Shown here: one piece after another, positions 11,158 through 23,147 of the stretch
How positions within the stretch are numbered: position 1 is the stretch's first letter
How the letters are laid out: the number at the start of each line of letters is the position of its first letter
Source of the DNA: Pseudogymnoascus verrucosus
Lineage: Eukaryota
Assembly (NCBI GenBank): GCA_001662655.1
Contig: KV460208.1
DNA length: 64,000 nt
Direction: 5' to 3' (one strand)
Notes under the pieces: generated by a model
Database searches by the model: none
Told to the model about the DNA's origin: nothing
What the model saw: the letters and a program-made list of their open reading frames with translations, nothing else
Position numbers and translations under genes: made by a program

Positions 11158-12109
11158 CCGCCAAGCACGCCAAGAAAAGCCCCCCTTCTCAACAACGGTG
11201 GGGCGTCATTCACCCATTCTGCGCATGTACGGCAAAGGGAAAAGGGAGGTTCATGATTGGCTGCAAGGGGGATGATGGATGAAGGCGGCGAGCGAGAGAG
11301 AAGATGGGAGATGAAAGATGAGGGGCCAAGAGGGAGGGGGTCCGTGTGTCCTCGCAGCGTGGTGGCCGGGGAGCTAGACCTGCGAACGGACTAGTGGGGT
11401 GTGGGTAGCGTGAGTAGCTTGCTCACCCGCCGTCCCCGGCAGGCGTGCCATGAGGTTGTGGTGCCATGGGGGGGGGGGTACGGGGATGGTACTTGGGGGG
11501 AAGGTTGAGGTGGTTGTGCTGTGTGTGGTGGGTGTGGTGTGAAGGTGTGTGGATGTGTGTGGGGTGTTGGTAGTTTGGTAGGAGGTGTGGTTGGTTTGGT
11601 GGAAAGGTGTGGGTAGTTTTAGTAGTAGTTGTGTAAGAATAGCTGTGTGGTGGGAGAAGGTAATGGTAATGGCAGTAACGGGATGTACCCCCTTTGTACC
11701 TGTAGCTTGTGGCAGTGGTGGTTAGAAGGTTAGAGGGGCTTTGGACGGGTGGGCTAGACTGGAAGCGGACGAGGAGGAGGGTAGGTAGACATGGGGCCGG
11801 GATGACGGAGGTAGCTTTTGTAATGCTTTGTATGCTTTGTATGCTTTGTCACTTTCTTCATTAGACGGAATTGGCACTTTTTTGCTGCGTTTTTTTCTTC
11901 AAGGGGTGGTGGCGCATTGGGGAGTACTTGACTGTATAGCGAAGAGTGTATGGGAGTGGATGTACTTGCTATGCTTGCTTACTCACTTTAATCTACCATG
12001 TATGCGGGCATTTCACACTCCGCATCATCGCTGTTGAGTTGATCATCGGAGTTGAGTGTATAGAGTAGTGTAGAGTTACTACGGTTTTGTTGTTTTTGTA
12101 CTGAGTCTG

Positions 12110-12620
12110 TACGACTACTACTACTAACTGCACTACTACTGTACCTACTACTACTACCACTTACCACTGCAAACTACCTCTACCACCTCTACCACTACTA
12201 CCACTACCTCTACCGACTACCAATAATAATCTTTACCTCTACTACTCCCACTGCCACTACCTCCACTACTAACGTACAACTCCACTACTAAAAACTTACT
12301 GTACTACCGACTACACACTACTACCGACACACTTCCATTTCACTACTCCAACTATCCACTCCACTTATCCACGACTATCCACGACTATCCTCAACTATCC
12401 TCGAACTATCCCACCCAGTGCCGATCAATGGTCTTTGACACTGTTCTAAACAATCTAATTAACTACTAACCCTACCTCTACTCTACTACCTTCCTCCTCC
12501 ACTTTCTCTACTTCCTCTCTGTCCCACTACCTACCTACCTAATCTACTACCTCCTCTATTTCCGAACGGAAGCAGCAGCAGTAACAAAGTACCACAACCC
12601 ACAACTACCTACTATCCTAT
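12110..12620 (+). repeat. Low-complexity (CTA/CCA)n-rich tract upstream of the G-alpha ATG
   Basis: Degenerate ACT/ACC repeats and ACTATCC repeats; very G-poor. Confidence 0.8.
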
Positions 12621-12952
12621 CCCATCCCCCTACCCTACACCTGCCTCGACCAAACTACCACCACCTGCCGCGACGACCTGGTCCGTGTCGAGGCCTACTT
12701 TGCCCTTCCTGTCCTGTCTTGTCCCGTCTCGTCCGACTCTCCTCTCCTCCTCCACCATCACCACCACCACCGAAACACCCGCCCTCGTCATCCCTCCTCC
12801 TATGTCCTGTCCCACACATCACCAACCACTTCCCAATTAGCTCCCCGCCCGCGCTGACACGAACCGCGAAACCACCACGACCACCAACCGGAAACAAGGA
12901 AACAAGGAAACAACCCTTCTCACAAACTCCCAGACAACCCCCCTCAAGCAAG

Positions 12953-14414
12953 ATGTGCTTCGGCGGCGGAGGTGGCGGCGCCGTGGACCAGGAGGGTCTG
13001 GCAAAGAACCGCGAGATCGAGAAGACTATCAAGGCTGATCAGAAGAAGGCCGCGAGGGAGGTCAAGCTGCTGCTACTAGGTGAGCAATTCTCCCCGTTCC
13101 TAGTTGCCAATTGGCAATTCCCAGCCCCCAATCTCCAATTCACACAAACCGACTCCCTCCCTCCTTTATCCTCTCATAGTTGCCGCGGCTAACAATGGCG
13201 TGCGATCCCCAGGTGCCGGAGAGAGCGGCAAGTCCACTGTGCTAAAACAGATGCGCCTTATCTACTCCCAAGGCTTCTCTAAGAGCGAAAAGGAGGAATG
13301 GCGCGCCATCATATTCAACAACATCCTCACGGCCTTCCGCGTCATAATCGACGCCATGGAGGAACTCGAGATCCCGTTCGAAGACCAATTCAATAGCGTA
13401 CGTCCTTCTGTCCTTCTCCGTCATTTCCCACCTCCCGGCGCCGTGGTTACGGGTTTCGGTTGGGGCGTTGGTGCGTGCGTGTGTATGGGCTAACGTGTGT
13501 GATTGCTGCAGAAATATATCACACTCATCCTCGTCGATCATGATTTGGGACCGAAGGACCCGTTACCGACGGAATACAAGACGCCGTTTAAGGGGTTGTG
13601 GTCCGATGCAGGGGTGCAGAAGGCGATTGAGAAGGGGAACGAATACGCTTTACACGATAACTTGAACTAGTGCGTACACCTTATAACCCCCTTACATTAA
13701 CACTCCGCAAGAGTCAATGCTAACATATATCCCCCTCCCGCAGCTTCTTCGAGGACGTCGACCGCCTATTCGCGCGCGACTACGTGCCCACAGACCAGGA
13801 TGTGCTGCGCTCGCGCCTGCGCACAACGGGTATCACTGAGACGGTCTTTGATCTCGGGAACCTGACATACCGCATGTTCGACGTTGGAGGACAGCGCTCT
13901 GAGCGCAAGAAGTGGATCCATTGCTTTGAGAATGTTAACTGTCTGCTCTTCCTCGTCGCCATTAGCGGTTACGATCAGTGTCTTGTTGAAGACAAGGATG
14001 GCGTATGTCTCCGCCTTTTTTGGCCCCAACACACGCACCGAAGCAGGCCCCGCTAACCTCTTTTCTTAGAACCAAATGCAAGAAGCCCTCATGCTCTGGG
14101 AATCGATCGCCAACTCGCAATGGTTCACGCGCTCGGCACTGATCCTCTTCCTCAACAAGATGGATCTCTTCAAGTCCAAGATCAAGGACAACCCGATCAC
14201 CAAGCACGGCTTCCCCGACTTCGTCGGCGACGCCAGCGACTCGAAGGCCACCTCGAAGTACTTCCTCGACAAGTTCAAGGCGCTCAACCGCAACCCGCAA
14301 AAGGAGGTCTACGGCCACTTCACCAACGCTACCGACACGAACCTGCTCAAGATCACCATGGATTCCGTCCAGGACATGATCATCCAGCGCAACCTCAACC
14401 AGCTCGTGCTGTGA
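12953..14414 (+). CDS. gna-2: Heterotrimeric G-protein alpha subunit, fungal group II
   Basis: Exons 12953-13079, 13213-13397, 13512-13669, 13744-14002, 14070-14414. Motifs [43 protein letters not shown]. The MCFG N-terminus (no Gly2 myristoylation site) fits group II. Confidence 0.95.
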
Positions 14415-15712
14415 GCCGCCCCACTCCCGCGCCTGAGCGAGACGGCAATGGCAGCGCCCCGGCTATTTTGCGTAGGGACTGTCGCACGCGCGCGCAGGCC
14501 GTCTCGTTGCGGTGTTGTGCTGTGTAGTGTCCTTCGCTGACCTGTCACAAGAGCTAGATGAGAGGCGGATCCGCCCTGAACGAACGACCTTTGAAACGAC
14601 CCTTTAAACGAAACAATCACCGTCCTGATACCGACACCGACATCGACATCGATACTGAACCGCGAACACACCGCAAAACGCACGTCTGAATCTTGTTTTT
14701 TATCACATCCTCCCATAGCACGTGCGAAATTCGATTTTTTTTTCTGTACACTACCGACACCTTCCGACGGACACTGGCGCGGCACCGAAGCTGGTTTATT
14801 TTTATTCTCGATCGCTGGGGTTCTCATGGTTCTCATATTTCCTCCCATCACGCACGCTTACGCGCACACGCACACGCAAATACCTCTATCTCCGATTCGG
14901 CGGCAGCGGCGCACTCCTTATATCTTATCCCCGCCACCGGGTACCAACCGATGCCGACCTCGACTTCGAATCTTCTATCATTTTTTATATTTATTTCCTT
15001 GTGTCTTGGATTAGAGGGGCATCTTCTCATTCACTACTACTCTTTCTTGTTGTTTAAAATCTCTTCTTTGGCTGGCTTCTTGTTATTTTTTTTTTCTTGA
15101 GCTTTTGGATCTTTTTTATTTTGCGAATGGGGCGGGCGGGCTTCCTGTGTTTTTTGTTTTGAGTGGACAGACAGACAGACATACCCCATGAATGGTTCTT
15201 TCTTTTGGGAATGGGTATTTTTGTGGTGGGAGGGAAAAGTAACTTTTGGAGGATTGGCGGGGGGGATGCGGAGGGATGGATGGATGGACCGTCGCAGTTC
15301 GCGCCTCTATAGTTGCGTGCGTTTGAGACGAGGGGATTTATTGGATTTGGGTTGTTGATGGGATGGAAATGCATGAGCTGTCGTGTGAGGAGGGGAAGGG
15401 GATGGTTTGAAGATGAGGGAAAAGAGGGGGATAGGAGAGGGAAATGGGAAGGGGGGGAGAAGGGAGGGGAAAGAGGTGTGTTGTGTGTTGTGTGTAGACT
15501 TGGATTGGATTGGATTTATTGATAACGAAGATCACGACGGCATTACCCACTCACTTGCTCATCCTTTTGCATCTCGTGAAATCTGTATATATAATCTGCG
15601 CGCGCGCGTATTTACTCAGTCCCCTATCCCTTCCTCTAAGAGCAAAACCAACCTCACTCACTCCTCTCCCTTCCGCCCCGTCAACATCTCGCCCTATCCA
15701 CCATCGCCTCTT

Positions 15713-15754
15713 CCTCCCTCCCTCCCTCCCTCCCTCCCTCCCTCCCTCCCTCCC
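15713..15754. repeat. (CCCT)n microsatellite
   Basis: Directly visible. Confidence 0.9.
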
Positions 15755-17656
15755 GATCCCACACCACACCTCGCCTCCTCGCCTCACCTCTCCGATCCCG
15801 CACCGCGCCGCGCCGCGAGGGGGCCACCCACCCTCGAGCACGGACCGAAGTAGACATAGGTGCACAGACCGACCGACCCGGCCGTAACGCACGTCCCGCC
15901 CTCTACTTAGGACTATACAGTAGATTACAGTAGCACGGTCGATGCTCGGCCCGGATGATGTTGTTTATTTGGGGTGGACCTTGCGAGAGTCTGCACGCCT
16001 AGCGGCGGGGTCTTGGCGTGGTGGTGGGATGGGATGGGATGGGGGGGAGAGAGGCGCGCGCTACGCTGGTGGGTTTGGTGGTCGTGCTAGAGTTGAGTGT
16101 TGTGGGGAGGTTGGGGAGAGGTTGGGGGGTTGGTTTGAGGACGGTTGATGATGACGATGTGCTTGATCTAGGAGGGAGATGGGACGAGGTAGGGGAGGGA
16201 TGGAGGGAGATGCGAGGGGGTGTGCGTGGCTAGACGAACATATAGACGGCTGTCTGGCTGGTGGATTTGAGGTTACGGATTGCGGATTGCGGATTGCGCG
16301 GCTGGATAAAATATCGATAGATGGGATGAGAGTGTACCCGGATATGAGATACCCACGTCTTCTTGATACGAGATATACCCTCCTAGATAGCATCAATCTC
16401 AGAATCAGCAACCCCCCCAGCGCACGCACAGACAGCCCTCTCTCTCTCACATGCCTCCCCCTCCCCTCCTCACCCCCTACCCTGCCCTGCCCTCCTCCTC
16501 TCGTCTTGCCCCTCCTCGCCCTCATCCAACTTTCTCATACCCGAGATTAGAACCTCAACACAACCGACGCACGATACCCGTGCACGCCCGCCCGCCGCCG
16601 GCCTTTCAAGGCGCGATCAAACAAGCCAAACAAGCCCACCTGCAGTACGAAGGGAAGGGAAGGCCCGCATGGACTGCGGCCGCGGGGGAGAGGGGGGGTT
16701 TGGGGTTAGGGTAGTCTTGGGATCTGCGCTGTTGCTGGTGTTGCAGTTAGTTAGTTCTACTTCGTATAGCGTGATGAGATAGATGGGTGCACGATGAGGC
16801 TAGGTCGGCGCGATGATCAAACGCGCGCCGATATGGAGATTTCGATGGCGCGTCTTCGTCCCATAATGAAACGAACTGAGCGAGTGCATCGGCCGCCAGC
16901 CCGAAAGACGCCGAGGGAGATCGGGGCGTGGCCGTGCGGCCGCTTGTAGGGTGTCAGGGGGGGAACCCTGGGGTGGTCTGTATAGCGCTGGTTATAGTGG
17001 TGGACTAGGTATGTGTGTACTGTACTGTGCGTATGTGGACATCTGCGCAGGGGACAGGGGGGAGGAGGTATACGAGGGGGTCGTGGTGTTCATATTTGAC
17101 GGCTTGCGAGGTAGGGCCGGCTGGAGGGGGGTGTTGGATGTAGAGTGCTGTGCTTGTTATTGTCCCGAGCATGGACGTTGTCTTTGATGGCTTGTGAGTA
17201 TGGCATTGTATCCGGTGGGGACTTGAGGGAGCTCACGGCGAGGGATGGCGGCTGTGCTGTGCTGGATGTGCTGAATAGCCTGTTCGGTCGTCATTTCCGG
17301 TTGCGGGCGTGGCGGCAGAGGGGGTTTAGCCGCGGGTGTCAGTTTGACTGGTTGTTTCTTTTCTGAGGTGGTGGGGTTTCCGTTCCAGGAGGGGGCTAGG
17401 TCTTGTCTTCGCTTTGATGATTGCTGCTGCTGACATGAGAGTTTCAGGAGACTGAGATGGGATAGAAGATGCATATTGAGATTGAGCCTGTGATATAACC
17501 TATTATCAGGGTTCTCTCCCCCCGAGTTAGGACAGCAGACTCATGTTTCAAGGTTCTCAAGTATGCCCGATTGCACACTCGATGCAGCTAAGGGTACATT
17601 AAATTGCTACCTAAACAATCCCATCTACCCGGGTAGTACACTACACTCACTCACAC

Positions 17657-18721
17657 TCAAGCACTCCCCTTGCTAACATCAGGATACACATCCCACCTCC
17701 TCTGCGTCGACACAGGTATATTCCGCCTCACCTCCTCCATCGGCTCCGGGTTCAACTCAGCAATCACAATCTCCTGTCCCTCCCCGGCCTCACCCAACAC
17801 CTTCGCCCACGGATCAATAATCATACTATGTCCCCACGCATGATACCCCGCGGTCATATCCCTCGCCGGACTACACAACCCGACAAACACCTGGTTGTCC
17901 ACCGCGCGAGCACGTCCGAGTAACTCCCAGTGCAGCGCACCGGTGGTCAGGTTGAACGCACCGGGGTAGATGAGCGCGAATGCTCCCTTCCGAGCTGCGA
18001 CCATGGCTAGCTCAGGGAAGCGCACGTCATAGCAGATAGCCACCCCCACGCGGCCGTACTCGGGGAAATCGATAATCGTCGTCTGAGACCCCGCGGTGAG
18101 AACCTCGGACTCCTTGAATGTGATCTTACCAGGGATATCGATGTCGAAGAGATGCACCTTGCGGTGGGTGTCGAGCAGGGCGCCAGAGGGCGAGAAGACA
18201 AGACTGGTGTTATAGTATTTGTTCGGTGCCCCAGCCGTAGCGGACGTGTTCTCCGCGTCAGCTTCGGGGATCGAACCACCGATCAGGTAGGCATTTGCCT
18301 CCTTAGCCATAGCGGAGAGAGCATGGAAGGATGGGGATTGCTCGGCTGTGGGCGGGGAGGGGAGCAGCGTCTCCGCGTAACTGGGGAAATGCTGCGTGCC
18401 GTAGGGCGAGTTGAAGCACTCGGGGAGGACGATGATTTTGGCTCCCTTGGAGGCAGCGGCGAGGACTTGTGTGCGCGCGTTGGCGAGGTTGACGGCTTTG
18501 TCGGAGCCTGTGGAGGTTGTGTTAGTATTTGGCACTGATGGGGGAAGCGGGGGATGCATACCGCTTGCGAGCTGCACGAGGGCAAGCTTGACGGGTTGCT
18601 TCAGGACTGTAGACATGGTGGATAGGCTTTTTTGATATGCTCTGTTGTGAGATGGTTGAAAGGTCGAGGTTAATGGGTATGATTGTAATGTTCTTATAAC
18701 ACGATTCACTAATTGGCGCAT
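17657..18721 (-). CDS. NIT3: Carbon-nitrogen hydrolase, omega-amidase (Nit2/Nit3 type)
   Basis: Catalytic Glu-Lys-Cys motifs VLPECFNSPYG, HRKVHLFDIDIPG, ICYDVRFPE. In-frame 54-bp intron 18561-18508. Two in-frame ATGs (18721 and 18616). Confidence 0.93.
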   Translation of the reverse strand: MRQLVNRVIRTLQSYPLTSTFQPSHNRAYQKSLSTMSTVLKQPVKLALVQLASGMHPPLPPSVPNTNTTSTGSDKAVNLANARTQVLAAASKGAKIIVLPECFNSPYGTQHFPSYAETLLPSPPTAEQSPSFHALSAMAKEANAYLIGGSIPEADAENTSATAGAPNKYYNTSLVFSPSGALLDTHRKVHLFDIDIPGKITFKESEVLTAGSQTTIIDFPEYGRVGVAICYDVRFPELAMVAARKGAFALIYPGAFNLTTGALHWELLGRARAVDNQVFVGLCSPARDMTAGYHAWGHSMIIDPWAKVLGEAGEGQEIVIAELNPEPMEEVRRNIPVSTQRRWDVYPDVSKGSA

Positions 18722-19613
18722 TGAGAGTTGGGAAGTTGGTGAGAAATGGGGTTTGATTGATGTTGGGGATGCGTTACCCCGCGGCGACAGGGATGATGAC
18801 AGCAGAATTGGGGTTTCGGCTCGGAACGGGTCTATCGTTCCGCCTCCTGTAGCCTTGCAAGTGTAAATGACCTCTCAACATTTTGTTCCAGGAGTCTTAT
18901 ATAACCATTTCATCAAACTTCATTCGGTGTGGATTTTATCTGGGCTTTTGATAGTTTTTGATAGTTGACAGAGTGCATCAGATGTTGGCAATTATGGTAG
19001 GTAATTATGTTGGACATGGGTCTATTTCGTCATGTATGCCGGCGGAAAACACCTTGGGAAGGAAAGAACGCAGGACTGCCTTGCTCCTTCCTTACATTCC
19101 TCGCAGTGCTATTTCATTTTGAGATGGTCGCTCCTGCCATGTTGGTCAAGTTATTTCATTTGATCCATATTAGATAAGTCCGAATTTCCTGTCGTCCACA
19201 CATATTCTCTCCAAATCCTCACAATCCTTTCCCTCGTCAACAGCATCATTATTCGCATATATACTATTCGTTTCTACTCCTATAATTTCTTTTCCTAGTT
19301 GATGCATCTATCCTATACCCCATCGTTACGGCAGATGTATCATTCCTATATTCATTTTTACAGACTGTCCGATCACTCTCTTCTTCAATCCGGACAGCCA
19401 GACCATCAGATTGCCTTCATCCCTCGTGCCTGAGCGGCCATCCGGCAAGAGAACAGCCCTCCTCCAATGATATGCTGGGTATCCTGATTGTTGCAATCAC
19501 AATCGTATTTTTGGGCAGAGTTTACGTCAGGTTCGTTCGAAAATTATCCAGGACTCTGCCGTACAATCCAACCTTTCGCTATTACTGGAGACACTGAGCC
19601 CTCTCAAGTTTAG

Positions 19614-22600
19614 ATGTCAGATACTCCGAGTTATCAGGGCAAGGCCTTGGGAACACGTCTTCTCAGAGGTCAGGGCTCACGGAGGCTGCCAACCAGACGA
19701 CATCGAGGAGCCGATGGCGTTGAAAGCTTCTATTCATCAAGCCCTCGGAGGCCAGCTAAAATTGGCAATGCGACAACGACTGAGGCTGCTGCCGATAATA
19801 CCGCTGCCAATGACGCCGCAAATAGCCATCCAGTTGGGGATCTAAGCCAGCATGATCGGACGATCGAACCTCCAAATTTGGAAATTACAGACAAGTCCCT
19901 AGGAAACTCCCTCTCGCGCAAAAGCGAAGAACTGGCGGATTCGAATCCCAGCTTGGCCGGGCATTCCCACCAACGAGAGGAGTCTGATTTCCATGCCTCC
20001 AAGGATGTTGAACGGGAAACCTCATCGGTAATTGTGGCGCGCAATTTGGACCAGCAAAGTGACGAGAAATTCTCATATCAGCCGGAGGTATCAAACACAG
20101 TCGATGATGCAAACTCTGAGGGTCCAAATAACTTGGATGGGAGTGAAACCGCCACGATTGGAGCCGACTCTGTCCCTAGCCGCAGACAATATGAAAGACC
20201 GTGGTCTCGTACACGTCGTGAGACCGGTAGCCACAGATTTGGATACATCTCGCCATCTATAGTTGAACGGATATCGGCACATGATGAACCGGTGAGCCCT
20301 ACCAACTTGAATGTACTTGCAAGACTGGGCCTGGCTTCTTCTGTGACCCAGCCATCCTCGGCACCAATGGCGGAAGTGGAGGCTGGGAGAACTTCAAGTC
20401 TGCCAATACTGTCGGAGCCAGCAGAACCATCCCCGTTCAGTTCATACTTCTCGCAAGAGGCCGCCGCCCGTCGAAATCGCCAAACCTTACGGAGAAAGCC
20501 GCCGATGCATAGAGGGGATCTTTCAGCTCGACCGGCCCCAGCAGTGTTGCCCCATATCACCATGAGCGGTCATAGCTTAAGTCGAGAGCCTGACCACATA
20601 GCACGGGTTGCACGGGACATCACCATGCCAGCTGTGGCACATGTTCGAAATTCTACCACTGATCGCGAGTTGGTTTTTGAACGCGATGTTGTCGCCCCCT
20701 ATCCAGGAGGTGCTATGCTAAACACCAACCATCTACAAGATTGTCAGCTACATCCCGTTGCAACAAGCTATGATGGAATCGCTTCTATGCACAGCTATAA
20801 TACTGAAACACCTGTCGAACCGTCGACATTAGAATCTATTTATGAAGATGCTTCTGATGAGCCAATATCGACAACGCCCAGGGAAGAGAAACCGGCGGAC
20901 AAGGGCTATCAAAAAATTACTGCGAGCTCTTTTATAGAATCTGCGAGAAAGGCGGGCGAATACTTGCGTGGAAGCCCACGTCCACTTGAGCCATCAGTGG
21001 CATCTTCGGATCCTCAAAGTTCTACAGCCGTCAAATCAACGGGGCGTGGGCCCGAAGTGCGCCGGAGTCGAAAACAACACGCAGACAAATCTCAGGCAAG
21101 TTCCTTATCAGAGGCCGTGGCTACTAAAGCGGGTTCTTTAGAACAGCCAAATGTGTCAAAACGAGGGTGGCCGCCATATAGGAAGAGCCTACCTGTGAAA
21201 TCCGCATCGTCATCGATATATAGCCAACCGGAGTCACATTCTTTGATGTCTGATATTCGCGCAGCTTTTATTCGTGGCGAGGATGATACTCATAGATATG
21301 AAAGATTAGGATACCGCCATGAGGATTCAAACAGTACATTTGAAGCAATACCTTCAAAGCAATACATGGAAGATGCAGACCAGAAAGCAACGGCTCAACT
21401 AGCACAACCTCCAGAATCCAAACCTCCCTTGAAACCAGCCAATATCAAACAACAAACTTCGCAGTATACTTCTATTTTTGCTCGTCGCTCTTCTCGGAGA
21501 GCTGGTGCAAAGGAACGCACGAAAAACGGTTCCCAGCAGAGGGCTAGGCGGAGAAAGGTGCCATCTAAATCATCGCAGCTGCAAAGATTTTCTCGCAGAT
21601 TCAGACCTGGCCGTTCAAAGAATTCTTCAAAGAACACTGTTTCTGCCGAGGAATTATTAGCTTTGAAAGAAGCAACTTCAGAAGAATATGAAACGGACTC
21701 GACCGCAACTGATAAGCAATTGCCCGCCATATCTGAAAAAACGACACGGGGTCCAAAGAATTGGTTCGAAGGGATATTATTGTTTCACAAAAAGGGCACA
21801 GATCAGTCTACATCTCTATTTTCTAATCGAAAGAGCGATGTAAGGCTCAATAGAGAAGTCGCCATGTCTGGATTTATACCATATGATAAGCATGCAAGTC
21901 ACAGTGGTTCTATTCGGAAGAGAGCCTCGGAGGATACGGAGAGGCTTATTATGATGATTGAAAATCTTGAGAAGCGTCTTGATGAAGCTCTCTATCCTGC
22001 CCATAAGGTTCATTATGCAGAAGATGTGCCGCAACAGCAGATAACTGGGAGAGTGGAAGCTCATACAAGACGCGCCCCAATTCGACATACTTCACGTTAT
22101 ATCCATCCAGATAGCTCAGAGGGTTATGGTGGAACTAAGGCAAGTGACATCAGATCCCGTTTCGAAAAGGTCTCCCATGGTAGTGATACTAACGGTGCAA
22201 TGCGAGATTACTCTCTACCCGTGGCATCTAATTTACGCAGCAATAATGTCGACAATATGTCCATGAGAATGTCTGGTGCACTACCTGTTACGAGTGCTGT
22301 GCCCTTTCCTACAGAAGTGGCGACAATGATAGCGTCTCCAGAGCCAGAGCGTGGCATCATTAGTGGTCTCCTGAACGATAAAGTCGCGTTGACATCGGCA
22401 GGGGATGCAGGATCCGAGGCTTCCAGCGGGGTCCCCAAGAAGCGTATCGATGCAGATCATTACACTCCTTCTGGAGTCAGGACCCTCCGCAAGTCGCCGT
22501 ACAAAGCAACTTTCGCTGCGAACATGCGTAAGAGAACCACATTCGTTCCCCGATCAAGGGAACGAGAGCTGAGCAAGGAGAGAATATTAAGATTTGTTAA

Positions 22601-23147
22601 GGAGCATAATGTCCCGCCTATCCAGCCTCGTCGAAGCTCTCTCGTTATGAGAGTATCACGTCACAATGATTCCCAGGGTTCTGATGGATTCCCTGCCTCT
22701 CAATATGCTGCAAGAGCTCTCAGGGTCCATACAAGCATGGACGGCGCCCATGAAGCAGATGACGAGATGGAGTCAGAAATCGAATACATCACTCCTCGTC
22801 GCAAACGAAACAGGGCCATCGTACGGCGCCACCGCGTCAGCTACGAAGAAGCCCACCATATACACTTCTTGCACGGCGAGAGGGAGAACTCGGGCCAGAT
22901 ATTTGAGTGGCCGCCTCATATCACCCCAACGCGAGTTCGTGGTGATCAAGGATCGCATGATAGCACTGATACGCAGCGCGTCTATGTTACGGCGAGGCCT
23001 CGCCAGTATGGGGGTGCAGGGGATATTTCTCCAGCAGATGAAAGGCTGATTACTCTGGCGGCTGGGTTTAGCGTTGCGTTCATTTATTTGATGCTCTGTG
23101 TGTATATTGTTTTTGGCCCTGACAACAGGTATGCCTTGTCAATTTGA
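19614..23147 (+). CDS. Large Ser/Arg-rich, probably disordered hypothetical protein with one C-terminal hydrophobic helix
   Basis: 1177-codon open frame. C-terminal LITLAAGFSVAFIYLMLCVYIVF is followed by a possible donor (AG|GTATGC near 23129), so both ends are uncertain. Confidence 0.75.
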   Translation: MSDTPSYQGKALGTRLLRGQGSRRLPTRRHRGADGVESFYSSSPRRPAKIGNATTTEAAADNTAANDAANSHPVGDLSQHDRTIEPPNLEITDKSLGNSLSRKSEELADSNPSLAGHSHQREESDFHASKDVERETSSVIVARNLDQQSDEKFSYQPEVSNTVDDANSEGPNNLDGSETATIGADSVPSRRQYERPWSRTRRETGSHRFGYISPSIVERISAHDEPVSPTNLNVLARLGLASSVTQPSSAPMAEVEAGRTSSLPILSEPAEPSPFSSYFSQEAAARRNRQTLRRKPPMHRGDLSARPAPAVLPHITMSGHSLSREPDHIARVARDITMPAVAHVRNSTTDRELVFERDVVAPYPGGAMLNTNHLQDCQLHPVATSYDGIASMHSYNTETPVEPSTLESIYEDASDEPISTTPREEKPADKGYQKITASSFIESARKAGEYLRGSPRPLEPSVASSDPQSSTAVKSTGRGPEVRRSRKQHADKSQASSLSEAVATKAGSLEQPNVSKRGWPPYRKSLPVKSASSSIYSQPESHSLMSDIRAAFIRGEDDTHRYERLGYRHEDSNSTFEAIPSKQYMEDADQKATAQLAQPPESKPPLKPANIKQQTSQYTSIFARRSSRRAGAKERTKNGSQQRARRRKVPSKSSQLQRFSRRFRPGRSKNSSKNTVSAEELLALKEATSEEYETDSTATDKQLPAISEKTTRGPKNWFEGILLFHKKGTDQSTSLFSNRKSDVRLNREVAMSGFIPYDKHASHSGSIRKRASEDTERLIMMIENLEKRLDEALYPAHKVHYAEDVPQQQITGRVEAHTRRAPIRHTSRYIHPDSSEGYGGTKASDIRSRFEKVSHGSDTNGAMRDYSLPVASNLRSNNVDNMSMRMSGALPVTSAVPFPTEVATMIASPEPERGIISGLLNDKVALTSAGDAGSEASSGVPKKRIDADHYTPSGVRTLRKSPYKATFAANMRKRTTFVPRSRERELSKERILRFVKEHNVPPIQPRRSSLVMRVSRHNDSQGSDGFPASQYAARALRVHTSMDGAHEADDEMESEIEYITPRRKRNRAIVRRHRVSYEEAHHIHFLHGERENSGQIFEWPPHITPTRVRGDQGSHDSTDTQRVYVTARPRQYGGAGDISPADERLITLAAGFSVAFIYLMLCVYIVFGPDNRYALSI

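Noticed and set aside
6850..12900. Numerous 60-218-aa ORFs in the long intergenic region
   Set aside because: They derive from low-complexity or repeated sequence, with no domain motifs or coherent exon structure.
14420..17650. ORFs between the G-alpha gene and NIT3
   Set aside because: Microsatellite- and skew-driven frames with no recognisable protein.
19056..19091. GGAAGGAAAGAACG...TCCTTCC hairpin resembling the 65-bp repeat head
   Set aside because: Only the purine-rich head matches; the TTACCAAGC and AGTCG cores are absent, so it may be chance.
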